Shown here: in pieces, positions 35,427 through 45,170 of the stretch
Numbering within the stretch: the first letter of the stretch is position 1
How the letters are laid out: each line of letters begins with the position of its first letter
Virus record (IMG/VR): IMGVR_UViG_3300047472_000134
Location: 17,517 to 81,516 of that record
Reading direction: 5' to 3' (one strand)
Origin: a virus
Length of the DNA stretch: 64,000 nt
Made by a program: the position numbers and the translations under genes
Notes under the pieces: generated by a model
Databases searched by the model: none
Seen by the model: only the letters and a program-made list of their open reading frames with translations
Told to the model about the DNA's origin: nothing

Positions 35427-36351
35427 GAATGGAAAGCGTCTTGTTCTTCTTGGAGACCCTCACCTGGGGCGGACTTTTCATAACGGGGTGCCTCTCCACC
35501 GCCGAGGGATGCGAGAGAAGCTTGTATGGCAGGATTTTCAAGCGTCTCTGCATCGTCCAGCTGGTGATTTTGACTATCACGTTTGCCTGGGCGACCTGTT
35601 CGACAAGTGGCTCGTGTCATACGACCTCATCCTGGATGTGGCTGAGCTATATCGGGGAGCAGCTGCGGCTCATCCTGGTGCTCATTTCCTCATCCTGAAG
35701 GGCAACCACGACTGGACCCGCGATCTCCAGCGTAAGTCGGCCTTCGACGTCCTCACCATTCTGGTGCGGGACATTCCGAACCTGACCATTGTTTCGGACG
35801 TCGTCACCATGGACGGCTTTGTGTTCTACCCCTGGCATCCCCTTTGGGATGCCAGTGAGAAGCTGACCGGTGTCGAGGGCCACATCCTCTTCGGTCACTT
35901 CGACATCGAGTTCGGTGACCACAACATGGTCCCGACCACGCTGCACTTCGAAAAGATCTACACTGGCCACGATCACAAAGCCCGCACGCTGAAGCGTCAC
36001 GGGACCGAGGTCATCGTCGTCGGTTCGATGCAGCCTTTCGCCCACGGCGAAGAACCGGACGACAGTCTCTATATCACCGTCCGCGCCGAGGACATCACCG
36101 ATCCTTCGATCTTCAAGGACAAGTGCCTCCGGATCATCGGCCGCTATGACGGCGATATCGACTGCCTCCAGATCACCTACAAGCAGGACAAAACCGATGG
36201 CGACGACAGCCCAATCGAGGCCGTCACCATGGGTGACTTCGATATGGAAAAGCTCTTTGCGGAGTCTTTCGCTGAAGCCGGCGTCTCTGCTGGCCTCACT
36301 GCTCAGGTTCTGGACCAGTATCACACAAAGCGGAACGCAAATGGCTCTTAA
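35413..36351 (+). CDS. Mre11/SbcD-like nuclease
   Basis: GDPHLG, GDLFD, GNHD, GH, GHDH. Confidence 0.88.
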   Translation: MEIVENGKRLVLLGDPHLGRTFHNGVPLHRRGMREKLVWQDFQASLHRPAGDFDYHVCLGDLFDKWLVSYDLILDVAELYRGAAAAHPGAHFLILKGNHDWTRDLQRKSAFDVLTILVRDIPNLTIVSDVVTMDGFVFYPWHPLWDASEKLTGVEGHILFGHFDIEFGDHNMVPTTLHFEKIYTGHDHKARTLKRHGTEVIVVGSMQPFAHGEEPDDSLYITVRAEDITDPSIFKDKCLRIIGRYDGDIDCLQITYKQDKTDGDDSPIEAVTMGDFDMEKLFAESFAEAGVSAGLTAQVLDQYHTKRNANGS

Positions 36352-36613
36352 AGACCTCGACCGATCGCCCGCCGAATATCTCTGGGTCATGGACACATGG
36401 CTCGGAGTACCGGGCCTGTCGGCGCCCGAAGTGGCGATGATTCAGACGTTCAAAACCAGTGTTGAAAAAGGCCTCGCAGACTTCGACCAGCTGCGTCGCA
36501 TCGCCTCCCAACCAGCTTTCAAGCCAGTGCTTCGCTCAGCCATGTTCAAGGCGGCGATGGCCGGCGTCCTCTTCAATTGGAGTGAATACCCCTACCATGA
36601 TCAAGCAGCTTAA
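36341..36613 (+). CDS. Hypothetical protein
   Basis: Coupled between the SbcD- and SbcC-like genes. Confidence 0.65.
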   Translation: MALKDLDRSPAEYLWVMDTWLGVPGLSAPEVAMIQTFKTSVEKGLADFDQLRRIASQPAFKPVLRSAMFKAAMAGVLFNWSEYPYHDQAA

Positions 36614-38675
36614 TTATTCGGTCACGTTCCCGTCGACCGGCCGCACCCTGTCCGAAGCCGTCCTGTTCCAGGGCGGCTTTGGTGCTATTGTAGGTCCGAA
36701 CGAATCCGGCAAGACCATGATCGTTGAGATGGTCCGCTTCTGCCTCTTCGGCTCGGCAGCTCTCCGAGGCAAGGCCGAGGACTACAAGAACCTGAAAGCC
36801 TCGCTCGACTTCGTGATCCGGAACCAGGATTACACCGTCGATCGCACCGGGACCAAGGCTCAGCTCAAGGAAAATGGTGAAGTCGTCGCGGTCGGCATCA
36901 CCCCGGTCAATGTTAAGATCGCCCAGATCCTGGGCTTCGGCCTGACCGTGTTCGACATGGCCTGCGTGGCGAACCAGAACCAGCTCCTGGCGCTGGGTGA
37001 GATGAAGCCGGCCGAGCGCCGCCGCGCCGTCGATAGCGTGATCGGTGTTTCCGTCCTCGACGACCTCGCGAAGTCGGCCGGCGTCGAAGCTCTGGCCCAG
37101 AAGCGGGCAGGGGACGATCTCGCCTCGAACAACCGCCTGCCTATCGAGCCGGTGCTGCACGACGGCTACCGCGAAAGCTCGGAACTGTCCGAGGAGAAGG
37201 CTCAGCTGGACAGCATCCGCTCGCAGGCGGACCAGCTCCGCGGCTGGCTCGCGAACGAGAAGAAGAAGCCTGTGGCGCCGGTTGCGCCACACGGTCTCGG
37301 CTCAGCCGTCGTCCAGACGATGCTCGATGCTCAGAACGAGCGCAAGATTCAGCGTCAGGTTCTGGAAGGCGAGCTCGCTCGCATTCCGGCTGCATCCGGC
37401 ATCACCATGGACGAACTTGCGGCCGATCGCGAGAACCACAAGCTGGCTCAGGCTCATCGCGCCCGCCGGCAGTTCCTGGCCTTCAACAAGTTCCCGGATT
37501 TGGATCAGGACCAGATCAAAAGTATCCGCCGCGCCTGGGACGCTCACCACGACTGGCAGAAGGTTCAGCATCTGAAGAAGCAGAAGGCCGACCTGCTTTC
37601 CAAGGGCGAGCACACTTGCCCCAGCTGCACCCATCAGTGGCCAGTTGCGGGTGACGCGATCGAAAGCGTGGACCGGGAACTCGAGGTCTATTCCAAGTCC
37701 GTCCTGCTTCCGGAGAGGCCCTCGACTACGGAAGCAGAACTCGATCGTCATCAGCGCGAGCTCAACAACTGGCTCTCGGTCAAGGATGAGTGGAACGACG
37801 TCCACAGCAAGGCTCCGGAGACACCGCCGTCCGTCCGCTGGACGCTGGACCAGATCGCCAGCCTTGAGCACGGTATCCAGCTGCAGGACCGCCGCGCCGA
37901 GCTCGTCGCAGAGATCGAGAAGCTGAAGCCGGCCGACAAGGAACCGGACTACGCTACGATGCTGCGCCAGGCCCAGCAGCACGAGGCCCAGGTTGCGGCT
38001 TGGTCTACCCAGATGGATGAGTTCCGCGCCTGGGAGGCCGAGAAGAGCCAGAAGATGGTTCAGCTCGCGATGCTCGAGGTGGATCTGCAGGGCTACGACC
38101 AGCTGGTTGCTGAACTGAACCAGGCTCTCGCTTACGAGCAGGCCTACAAGGTCTGGTTCCGCGAGTTCCAGATCTACAACGAGCGGCTCGACAAATGCAC
38201 GACCTACTGGCTCGAAGCCGACGACTGGAACAAGGTCAAGGACGCTCTCCAGATCCTCCGTTCGAAGATTAAACAATATCTGGTTCCCTCACTTAATCGT
38301 GTCGCAAGCAGCTTGATTAGTCACATGACCGGAGGCGAACGACAGGCAATCAACGTGGACGAGGAATTCAATATTCTCGTCGACGGACAAACGATCGATA
38401 CCCTTTCCGGATCTGGCAAGGCAGTCGCTAACTTGGCGCTGCGTATTGGTCTGGGTCAGGTGCTGACGAACAATATCTTTTCTCTGTTCATGGGCGATGA
38501 AATCGACGAGTCCATGGATAAGAATAGAGCAGATAAAACCGCCGGAGTAATGCATACTCTGAAAGGTCGTATCTCGCAGCTTTTGCTCGTCTCACATAAA
38601 TCTCCATCAGCGGATTACTTCATCGCTGTAGGAGAAAATAGTGAATACCAACTCAGCAACGACCAGCCTGATTAA
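36597..38675 (+). CDS. Rad50/SbcC-like ATPase
   Basis: GPNESGKT, coiled coil with CPSC hook, LSGSG, DEID, VSH. Confidence 0.9.
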   Translation: MIKQLNYSVTFPSTGRTLSEAVLFQGGFGAIVGPNESGKTMIVEMVRFCLFGSAALRGKAEDYKNLKASLDFVIRNQDYTVDRTGTKAQLKENGEVVAVGITPVNVKIAQILGFGLTVFDMACVANQNQLLALGEMKPAERRRAVDSVIGVSVLDDLAKSAGVEALAQKRAGDDLASNNRLPIEPVLHDGYRESSELSEEKAQLDSIRSQADQLRGWLANEKKKPVAPVAPHGLGSAVVQTMLDAQNERKIQRQVLEGELARIPAASGITMDELAADRENHKLAQAHRARRQFLAFNKFPDLDQDQIKSIRRAWDAHHDWQKVQHLKKQKADLLSKGEHTCPSCTHQWPVAGDAIESVDRELEVYSKSVLLPERPSTTEAELDRHQRELNNWLSVKDEWNDVHSKAPETPPSVRWTLDQIASLEHGIQLQDRRAELVAEIEKLKPADKEPDYATMLRQAQQHEAQVAAWSTQMDEFRAWEAEKSQKMVQLAMLEVDLQGYDQLVAELNQALAYEQAYKVWFREFQIYNERLDKCTTYWLEADDWNKVKDALQILRSKIKQYLVPSLNRVASSLISHMTGGERQAINVDEEFNILVDGQTIDTLSGSGKAVANLALRIGLGQVLTNNIFSLFMGDEIDESMDKNRADKTAGVMHTLKGRISQLLLVSHKSPSADYFIAVGENSEYQLSNDQPD
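38543..38561. promoter_or_regulatory. Palindromic operator site 7 (inside SbcC-like gene 3' end)
   Basis: CGGAGTA-ATGCA-TACTCTG in an AT-richer stretch, 80 bp before the next gene. Confidence 0.65.
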
Positions 38676-39057
38676 GGAAGAGATCAAGCGCACGGGCGGC
38701 AACCTTTCCAAGGTCGCCCGTGCCCTCGGACTCGACTATTACGCCTTGCTCGACCAGCGCAAGCGCGAGATGTCCACCCGTCGGGTCGGCATCACTCCGG
38801 TCTCCGGACCAATCCCGGACGATTTCCGGACCCTCGGCCGCGAAGGCCACCAGCACAACGTCATCGCTGTAAAGCGCCAGGGCGAGGGCTGGCCAGAACG
38901 TTTCACCGCAGCCATTGCGGAAGCTCGCGAAAAGTATGACGCGGGCACACATGAAATGTGCCAGACGACGGAATTCGGTTGGGTAGTCCAATACCTGATC
39001 CCGCGCCTGAAGCCGGCTCCGCGCCGGAAGTTCTTCTCCGAAATGGTGGTCATGTAA
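38641..39057 (+). CDS. Protein with N-terminal Fis-like HTH
   Basis: TGGNLSKVARALGL; AGGAG RBS. Confidence 0.7.
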   Translation: MNTNSATTSLIKEEIKRTGGNLSKVARALGLDYYALLDQRKREMSTRRVGITPVSGPIPDDFRTLGREGHQHNVIAVKRQGEGWPERFTAAIAEAREKYDAGTHEMCQTTEFGWVVQYLIPRLKPAPRRKFFSEMVVM

Positions 39058-39058
39058 A

Positions 39059-39571
39059 ATGACCAGTATCCTTCTCTCTTCGGGTCGCCGCGTCGATCCT
39101 TTCAATCTCGATGGCGTCAAGCTCACGCTCGACGAACTCATCCCACCGCTCGCCAAGCTGTGCCGTTACACCGGCCACACCTCTGGCCATTACTCGGTCG
39201 CTGAACACACGGTCCACCTGATCAACAAGGTGCCTGTGGGTCTGAAGCGTGCCGCAGCTTTGCACGACCTGAACGAGGGTCTGACCAATGATCTGCCGCA
39301 TCCCTTCAAAGCCGCGCTGCCCGACTACGGACAGTTCGAGAAGGGCGTCCAGCAACACATCTTTCGTCAGTTCGATGAGCCATGGGAAAACATGGAACTC
39401 GTCACTCACTACGATCGCCGGATTTGCGCGGATGAAATGGAAGAGCTGTTTAGCCCTCCGTACATCATCCCCGGTCTCGCCCCCTTGGGCGGCATCAAGT
39501 TCGAGTGCTGGGAGTGGCGCGAAGCCGAACAGAAACTCCGTCAATCCTTCAAATTCCTGGGACTGCTCTGA
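39059..39571 (+). CDS. HD-superfamily 5'-deoxynucleotidase (YfbR-like)
   Basis: RY.GH, YSVAEH, LHD..E, D.P.P.K. Confidence 0.85.
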   Translation: MTSILLSSGRRVDPFNLDGVKLTLDELIPPLAKLCRYTGHTSGHYSVAEHTVHLINKVPVGLKRAAALHDLNEGLTNDLPHPFKAALPDYGQFEKGVQQHIFRQFDEPWENMELVTHYDRRICADEMEELFSPPYIIPGLAPLGGIKFECWEWREAEQKLRQSFKFLGLL

Positions 39572-40197
39572 TGACCATGCTCCGTTACAACGAGGGCAAG
39601 AACCCTCTTTCGCTCATCCCATCCAGCTTCATCGAAGCGATCTTCAGCAACGCGATGGAGTGCCACTCCGTCGTTCCGACGAAGCTGATCTGGCTGACCG
39701 GCCAGGTGCTCGATTTCGGCGCCAAGAAATACAGCGCCCACAACTGGCGCAAGGGTGGCAGCTGGTCGTCTGTGATGAACAGCGCCCTTCGTCATCTGCT
39801 GAAGATGATCGATGGCCAGAAGATCGATCCGGAGAGCAATCTTTCGGAGGCTGGCCACCTCGGCTGCAACATCGCGTTCCTGCTCGAGTTCGCCAGCCAG
39901 AGTGTTGGTGATGACGATCGCTACGTCTCGCTGGCTGCTCCGGAGGGCATCGACGCAGAACCACAGCCGAGTCTGATCTGGGTTCTGAACGAGCTGCTCG
40001 CCTGGCGCGATGGTGGCCCGCTGCATCACCTGCAGATCGCCGCCTGGGAGCTGGCCCGCTGGGTCGAGTGGGACAGCCACGACCCACAGCCGGTTCCGGA
40101 CAACGTCATCAAGTTCCCGGCCGCTCCCCGAATCCCGACCTCCGTCCTCCCTTTCGGCTTCCCTGCCTTCGACGGCTCCAACGTCGTCTTCCATTAA
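39571..40197 (+). CDS. DUF5664-like dATP/dGTP diphosphohydrolase
   Basis: GK..LSLIP, FGAKKY..NW.KG, ALRHL, DPES.L...H. Confidence 0.8.
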   Translation: MTMLRYNEGKNPLSLIPSSFIEAIFSNAMECHSVVPTKLIWLTGQVLDFGAKKYSAHNWRKGGSWSSVMNSALRHLLKMIDGQKIDPESNLSEAGHLGCNIAFLLEFASQSVGDDDRYVSLAAPEGIDAEPQPSLIWVLNELLAWRDGGPLHHLQIAAWELARWVEWDSHDPQPVPDNVIKFPAAPRIPTSVLPFGFPAFDGSNVVFH

Positions 40198-40203
40198 GGA
40201 TCA

Positions 40204-40752
40204 TTGAACATGCAAGCTTCTGAATACCAGGCCAAGTTCGGCCGCACCCGCGCTCCTGTCTTCTTCCCGCATAACGTCCATCCGGCCTTCGTCGGCCAGC
40301 TGATGGACGCCCGCAAGAAGTCGGCTGACCTGATCGACGCCGTGAAGCGGGCGCTGATCTATGGCAATACTGAGCGCCTGAAGAACACCGACTACGCCAA
40401 GGTGGCCGAGAACCCGCTCGATCTCCCGTTCTTCATGGACGTCGATGAGCTGCATGCCATCCTCGGAATGGAAGGGGAGGTCGGTGAGATCTCCGAAGCC
40501 GTTCTGTCCGAGGAACCCCGCGATGTGATCCGCGCCCGTATCGTCGATGAGGCCGGTGACTTCCTCTGGTACCTGGCTCTGCTTTGCGACAAGTTCGACA
40601 TCAAGTTCGAGGAGCTGTTCGCCGGCAACATCGCCAAGCTGGCCAAGCGCTATCCGGACAAGTTCACCACTGAGTTGGCGGTCAACCGTGATCTCGAGGC
40701 GGAAGCTGAAGTGTTCCAGCCAGGCCACCTCGAGGCGAAGACTCTGCACTGA
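40204..40752 (+). CDS. MazG-like NTP pyrophosphohydrolase
   Basis: LG..GEVGE, DEAGDFLWY, NIAKL.KRYP. Confidence 0.85.
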   Translation: MNMQASEYQAKFGRTRAPVFFPHNVHPAFVGQLMDARKKSADLIDAVKRALIYGNTERLKNTDYAKVAENPLDLPFFMDVDELHAILGMEGEVGEISEAVLSEEPRDVIRARIVDEAGDFLWYLALLCDKFDIKFEELFAGNIAKLAKRYPDKFTTELAVNRDLEAEAEVFQPGHLEAKTLH

Positions 40753-40839
40753 TCCAGCACGGTTCACAGTGCTTCAGCCCCGCCATGGCAACGGCCGGCG
40801 GGGCTTATTACCTGAGACATCCAACAAGGAAATCCCCCC

Positions 40840-41814
40840 ATGCTTTTCAACGAGCAAGTTGCGCGTAAGCCCAACCTGTACCCGTGGACCGACGACTATA
40901 TCCACGCCATTACCTCGTCCCCTTGGACGGTCAACGAATTCAATTTCCAGAGCGACTTCGACCAGTTCAAGACTGAGCTGTCCGACCAAGAGCGCCAGGT
41001 TGTTGTCCGCACGCTCTCCGCGATCGGCCAGATCGAGATCGCCGTGAAGGACTTCTGGGCGAACCTGGGCCGGAACCTGCGCCACCCAGCGATCAAGGAT
41101 CTCGGCTACGTCATGGCGTACACCGAAGTGATCCACAATCAGGCCTACGAGCGTCTGCTCGAGGTGCTCGGTCTCGAGGACGTCTTCGCTGAGAACCTGA
41201 AGGAAGATGTTGTCCGCAACCGCGTCAACTATCTCCGCAAGCATGCCCAGCGTGTCTACGAAGATGATCGCAAGCAGTACATCTATTCGATCATCCTGTT
41301 CACGCTTTTCGTCGAGAACGTCAGCCTCTTCAGCCAGTTCTATACCATCCTGTGGTTCAACCGCTGGCGCGAGGGTGTCCGTGTCCTGAAGGATACGGCT
41401 CAGCAGGTGCAGTACACCAAGAATGAAGAGACGCTTCATGCCCAGGTCGGCATGAAGATCATCAACACGCTGCGCCAGGAATATCCGGAGCTCTTCGACG
41501 CCGAGCTGATCACCCGCATCCAGGAAGAGTGCCTCGAGGCGTACAAGGCCGAGAGCAAGCTCATCGACTGGATGATTGGGGACTTCTCTGGTCAGAACAT
41601 CTCGGCCGACATCCTCAAGACCTTCATCGCCAACCGGCTGCAGGACAGCCTCGAGGCGATTGGCATCTCCTCCCCACTCAACATGCCTCGCATCCCGGAG
41701 ACAACCTGGATGGATGAGGAGGTCTTCGGCACCAACAAGACCGATCACTTCCACAAGAACTCTGTGGACTACTCCGAAAACGACCGCGCATTCGACGCCA
41801 AGGAACTCTTCTGA
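40840..41814 (+). CDS. nrdB: Ribonucleotide reductase class I beta subunit
   Basis: IE..V..FW, EVIH..AY, ENVSLFSQF, EE.LH. Confidence 0.93.
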   Translation: MLFNEQVARKPNLYPWTDDYIHAITSSPWTVNEFNFQSDFDQFKTELSDQERQVVVRTLSAIGQIEIAVKDFWANLGRNLRHPAIKDLGYVMAYTEVIHNQAYERLLEVLGLEDVFAENLKEDVVRNRVNYLRKHAQRVYEDDRKQYIYSIILFTLFVENVSLFSQFYTILWFNRWREGVRVLKDTAQQVQYTKNEETLHAQVGMKIINTLRQEYPELFDAELITRIQEECLEAYKAESKLIDWMIGDFSGQNISADILKTFIANRLQDSLEAIGISSPLNMPRIPETTWMDEEVFGTNKTDHFHKNSVDYSENDRAFDAKELF

Positions 41815-43454
41815 TGACCAACTGGATTACCGACGACACCCGCAAATTCCTCGCAACTGACTACCTGAAGCCAGGTGTGTCGGTGGAAGGCCGCATCCGC
41901 CAAGTGGCTCAGCGTGCCGGCTTCATCATGGACAAGCCCAAGCTGGCCAAGGATCTCGAGGAGTTTCTGCTCGCGGGCGATATGAGCCTTTCGTCTCCAA
42001 TCTGGTCCAACTTCGGTGAAGAGCATGGCCTGCCGATCAGCTGCAACAACGTGGTGATCGACGACAACATGGACAGCATTCTCATGAAGCTGGCCGAGGT
42101 TGGCAAGCAGACGCAGCTCGGCGCTGGTACCAGTGGTTACTTCGGCAAGGTGCGCCATCGTGGTGCCAGCATCTCTGGTGGTGGCAAGTCCTTCGGCGCC
42201 GTTCATTTCATGCAGCTGTACGACACGGCGACGTCCGTAGTGAGCCAGCGGAGTGTCCGCCGTGGCGCGTTCGCCAGCTATCTGCCGGCCGATCACGCGG
42301 ACATCGACGAGCATCTCACCATCCGTCAGAAGAATAGCCCGCTGCAGAACATCCACCCTGGTGTTTGCGTGACGGACAAGTTCCTTGAAGACGCTGAGAA
42401 CGGTAGCGAGCGTAACCAGCAGATCTGGGCTAGGATCATGGAGCGCCGCTCGAACAACGGTCGTCCATATATCTTCTTCCACGACAACGCCAACCGCTTC
42501 GCGGCCGACGTCTATCGTGATCAGAAGCGGACGATCTGGTCTTCGAACCTCTGCACCGAGATCATGTTGCCGTCGAGCCAGTACGAGTCGTTCGTGTGCA
42601 ATCTGCTGTCGCTCAACGCTTTGACCTATGACCGCTGGAAGGACACCAACATCGTTGAGTGCGCCATGTTCCTGCTCGACGCGGTGATGTCCGAGTACAT
42701 CGAGAAGACCAAGGACATGCCGCTGATGAAGGCGTCCTACAACTTCGCCATTCGTCATCGCGCTCTTGGCCTGGGTGTTCTCGGCCTGCACTCACTGTTC
42801 CAGTCCAAGATGATCGCCTTCGAAAGCCCCGAAGCGGCCATCCTCGAGCTGCGGATGTTCCAGCAGATCCAGGCCCAGAGCCTTGAAGCTTCGCAGAAGC
42901 TGGGCAAGGAATATGGCGTCCCGGAGATGCTCCTGAACTACAAGCGCCGCAACACCACCACCATGGCTGTGGCGCCGACGAAGTCCTCGGCCTTTATCCT
43001 CGGCCAGGTGTCGGAATCGATCCAGCCGGAAGAGAGCAACTACTTCGTCAAGGATCTGCAGAAGGGCAAGTTCTCGCACCGTAATCCGTACCTGCAGAAG
43101 CTGCTGGCGAGCAAGGGCCAGGATAACGAGACTGTCTGGCGCTCGATCCTCATGAAGGGCGGCTCAGTTCAGCACCTCGACATCCTGTCGGGCCAGGAGA
43201 AGGACGTGTTCCGCACGTTCAGCGAGACGTCCATGGACGTCGTCATCGAACGTGCAGCCGCCCGCGGACGCTTCATCGATCAGGGCCAGAGCCTGAACCT
43301 GAAGATCAATCCGTCCGCGACTCCTCGCGAGATCTCGACGCTTCATCGCAAGGCGCACCGTCTCGGCCTGAAGTCGCTGTACTATCAGGAGTCGACGAAC
43401 CCGAGCCAGGCTCTGGCTCGCGAGAACGCAGACTGCGCCGCATGTGAAGCGTAA
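41814..43454 (+). CDS. nrdA: Ribonucleotide reductase class I alpha subunit (short, no ATP cone)
   Basis: PISC, RRGA, SNLCTEI, APT.SS, DQGQS, LYY, C-terminal CAACE. Confidence 0.93.
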   Translation: MTNWITDDTRKFLATDYLKPGVSVEGRIRQVAQRAGFIMDKPKLAKDLEEFLLAGDMSLSSPIWSNFGEEHGLPISCNNVVIDDNMDSILMKLAEVGKQTQLGAGTSGYFGKVRHRGASISGGGKSFGAVHFMQLYDTATSVVSQRSVRRGAFASYLPADHADIDEHLTIRQKNSPLQNIHPGVCVTDKFLEDAENGSERNQQIWARIMERRSNNGRPYIFFHDNANRFAADVYRDQKRTIWSSNLCTEIMLPSSQYESFVCNLLSLNALTYDRWKDTNIVECAMFLLDAVMSEYIEKTKDMPLMKASYNFAIRHRALGLGVLGLHSLFQSKMIAFESPEAAILELRMFQQIQAQSLEASQKLGKEYGVPEMLLNYKRRNTTTMAVAPTKSSAFILGQVSESIQPEESNYFVKDLQKGKFSHRNPYLQKLLASKGQDNETVWRSILMKGGSVQHLDILSGQEKDVFRTFSETSMDVVIERAAARGRFIDQGQSLNLKINPSATPREISTLHRKAHRLGLKSLYYQESTNPSQALARENADCAACEA

Positions 43455-43458
43455 GATC

Positions 43459-43484
43459 AGGCCCCTCACGGGGCCTTTTCTTTT
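43459..43484 (+). terminator. Terminator at the end of the + strand arm
   Basis: AGGCCCC-TCAC-GGGGCCT-TTTCTTTT. Confidence 0.8.
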
Positions 43485-43651
43485 GCCTTGTAGTCCAACG
43501 CGATCGACCCAGCACTCAAAATGAGACGCTCAGGGTCTTTGACTATGATGAAGGCGTAGGTGAGAGGAACGAGAAGAAGGCTAAGGCCCAGAACGAGACT
43601 TGACACCTTCAACTTAGAACCTCGAACCCCGCCGGAACGCATATGCTCCAC
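43466..43651 (-). CDS. Small single-TM protein
   Basis: 61 aa with a 20-residue hydrophobic stretch. Confidence 0.45.
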   Translation of the reverse strand: MEHMRSGGVRGSKLKVSSLVLGLSLLLVPLTYAFIIVKDPERLILSAGSIALDYKAKEKAP

Positions 43652-43933
43652 GGGTATTCTCCATTCAGAGTTAAAGGCGTTGTCTCGTTTCGACTGCTCT
43701 GGAAGAGTCCTCTACCGGTGGTCCCTAGCCAGTGCTGCCTATTGAAACGGCCAACACCAAATTCATGCACTGCAGCTCACCAAGGGTCCGGAGCCCCTGT
43801 AGGTGGTAAAGCTAACCAAACCTTCTCTAGTCTCGGTTAGCGGCCAACTCGAACAGCCCCCTCACGGGGCGATCGACATGCTTAATAACTCATGAATTGT
43901 GGAGTTGGTCAAGAAGAAGGCCCCGATCGGAGC

Positions 43934-44212
43934 CTAATTTTTTCCTGCTCTCCAGAGATCTTCGCGGGCGATGAGCCGCCGGCCGCACGAAGACTTCTTG
44001 TCGTCGAGCACGATGAACTCACCGAACTTGTCGTAGACCTGGCCCTTGGACAAGCGCTTGCCTTTCACTGGAGGTGAGACGAGCTCGTCGAAGCAGATCC
44101 TGAGATCAGCGGGCAGGGGAGGCGGCAGGCTTCGGCCAGACAGAGAGCAGCTGGTCAACATCATCAGGCTCAAAGCAAGTGTCGTCAGGGCGGGTGATTT
44201 TCGAACGGGCAT
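43934..44212 (-). CDS. o-spanin (Rz1-like lipoprotein)
   Basis: AAGGAG RBS; LTSC lipobox; Pro-rich; overlaps the i-spanin. Confidence 0.8.
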   Translation of the reverse strand: MPVRKSPALTTLALSLMMLTSCSLSGRSLPPPLPADLRICFDELVSPPVKGKRLSKGQVYDKFGEFIVLDDKKSSCGRRLIAREDLWRAGKN

Positions 44213-44450
44213 CAGCCAGCTCCTTCTTCAATGCATCAATTCGCTGGTACTGCTCGACCAGCTTGGATTGGTCGGCCGCTGTAATGGCGATACCTAGATT
44301 CAGATCCCGAACCTGCTGGACGAGAGCGGCCTGGGCGTGCTTCTCGTTCGCGACGTGTTGTCCGTAGAGATAGGCCACATAGAGCAGAGCCGCAGCTGCG
44401 GCTCCGATCATCAACCACTTCTTGAGTGGCGCGAGGAGGAGGGCGATCAA
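44106..44450 (-). CDS. i-spanin (Rz-like)
   Basis: TTG overlapping the endolysin stop; N-terminal TM plus coiled coil. Confidence 0.8.
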   Translation of the reverse strand: MIALLLAPLKKWLMIGAAAAALLYVAYLYGQHVANEKHAQAALVQQVRDLNLGIAITAADQSKLVEQYQRIDALKKELADARSKITRPDDTCFEPDDVDQLLSVWPKPAASPAR

Positions 44451-44938
44451 ACCGCGCCCCTCATGCACATCGTCCGCTCGATCGCCCGACGCTTGGCAAG
44501 TCCAGGCAAGATCACCTTCTTGCCCTTCACGGTACCTTTGTTCCAAGGCAGCATTGCGTTGCAGGCGGCGACGATGTTGCCGGTCCTCAAGTACCGAGCG
44601 GCGCTCGAGCCACAGAAGCCCCCAATTCCGATGTTGTAGGTGAAGCTGTCGAAGGCTCCCTTTGTCTCGGCGGGGAGGGCTTCCCAGTTCTGGACGCATG
44701 ACGCATTACCCTGATCGTAGTGGGCCATGCGCTTAACCAGGAGAGTGTGACACTCTTCCCTGGAAAATTGCCGGCCCTGCATGGACTTCGCATTCTCGGT
44801 TTCTCCCATGCAGTAGGTCAGCACGCCGACCGCGTCCTTGTAGACGTAGCCGACGTAACCCTCTGCCGGTTCAGCAATGGAAACGGCGATCGCAATAGCA
44901 GCGCTGGCGATCGTCGTGGTGATCGTCTTCTTAGCCAT
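44447..44938 (-). CDS. GH24 endolysin, SAR-type
   Basis: Ala/Ile-rich N-anchor; EG...Y.D.VG..T.C.G.T; YNIG; GL.KRR..E. Confidence 0.9.
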   Translation of the reverse strand: MAKKTITTTIASAAIAIAVSIAEPAEGYVGYVYKDAVGVLTYCMGETENAKSMQGRQFSREECHTLLVKRMAHYDQGNASCVQNWEALPAETKGAFDSFTYNIGIGGFCGSSAARYLRTGNIVAACNAMLPWNKGTVKGKKVILPGLAKRRAIERTMCMRGAV

Positions 44939-45170
44939 TCTTGGCTCCTGAGATTTTCTTTTGGGGAATGAGGCGTCCGTAGATCGCGCCAAAACCAACC
45001 AGGCCGTCGAGGACGGAGAAGGCGAGCCGGAGCTTAGGTGGGCTCTGGTCCATCATGGACAGGATGGTGTTGCAGATCGGTTCGAAGACGACGAGGAACA
45101 GGAAGAAGTAGACGCACCACAGCGACCAGGAATGACGGAGGATGGTTTTCCAGTCTTGGTGCAGCCGCAT
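44931..45170 (-). CDS. Putative holin
   Basis: L..DWK.ILRHSWS, two TMs, RLIPQ; directly before the endolysin. Confidence 0.75.
   Translation of the reverse strand: MRLHQDWKTILRHSWSLWCVYFFLFLVVFEPICNTILSMMDQSPPKLRLAFSVLDGLVGFGAIYGRLIPQKKISGAKNG

Noticed and set aside
39059-40752. Z-genome or 7-deazaguanine modification cluster
   Set aside because: No PurZ, DpdA or Que/FolE-like genes recognised in the window
28569-43454. Introns, inteins or homing endonucleases in pol, thyX or nrd genes
   Set aside because: Frames are continuous and of expected size; no splice-junction, LAGLIDADG or HNH motifs seen
43600-43930. tRNA gene (GGTTCGA on the - strand)
   Set aside because: No cloverleaf, D-loop or acceptor stem can be built
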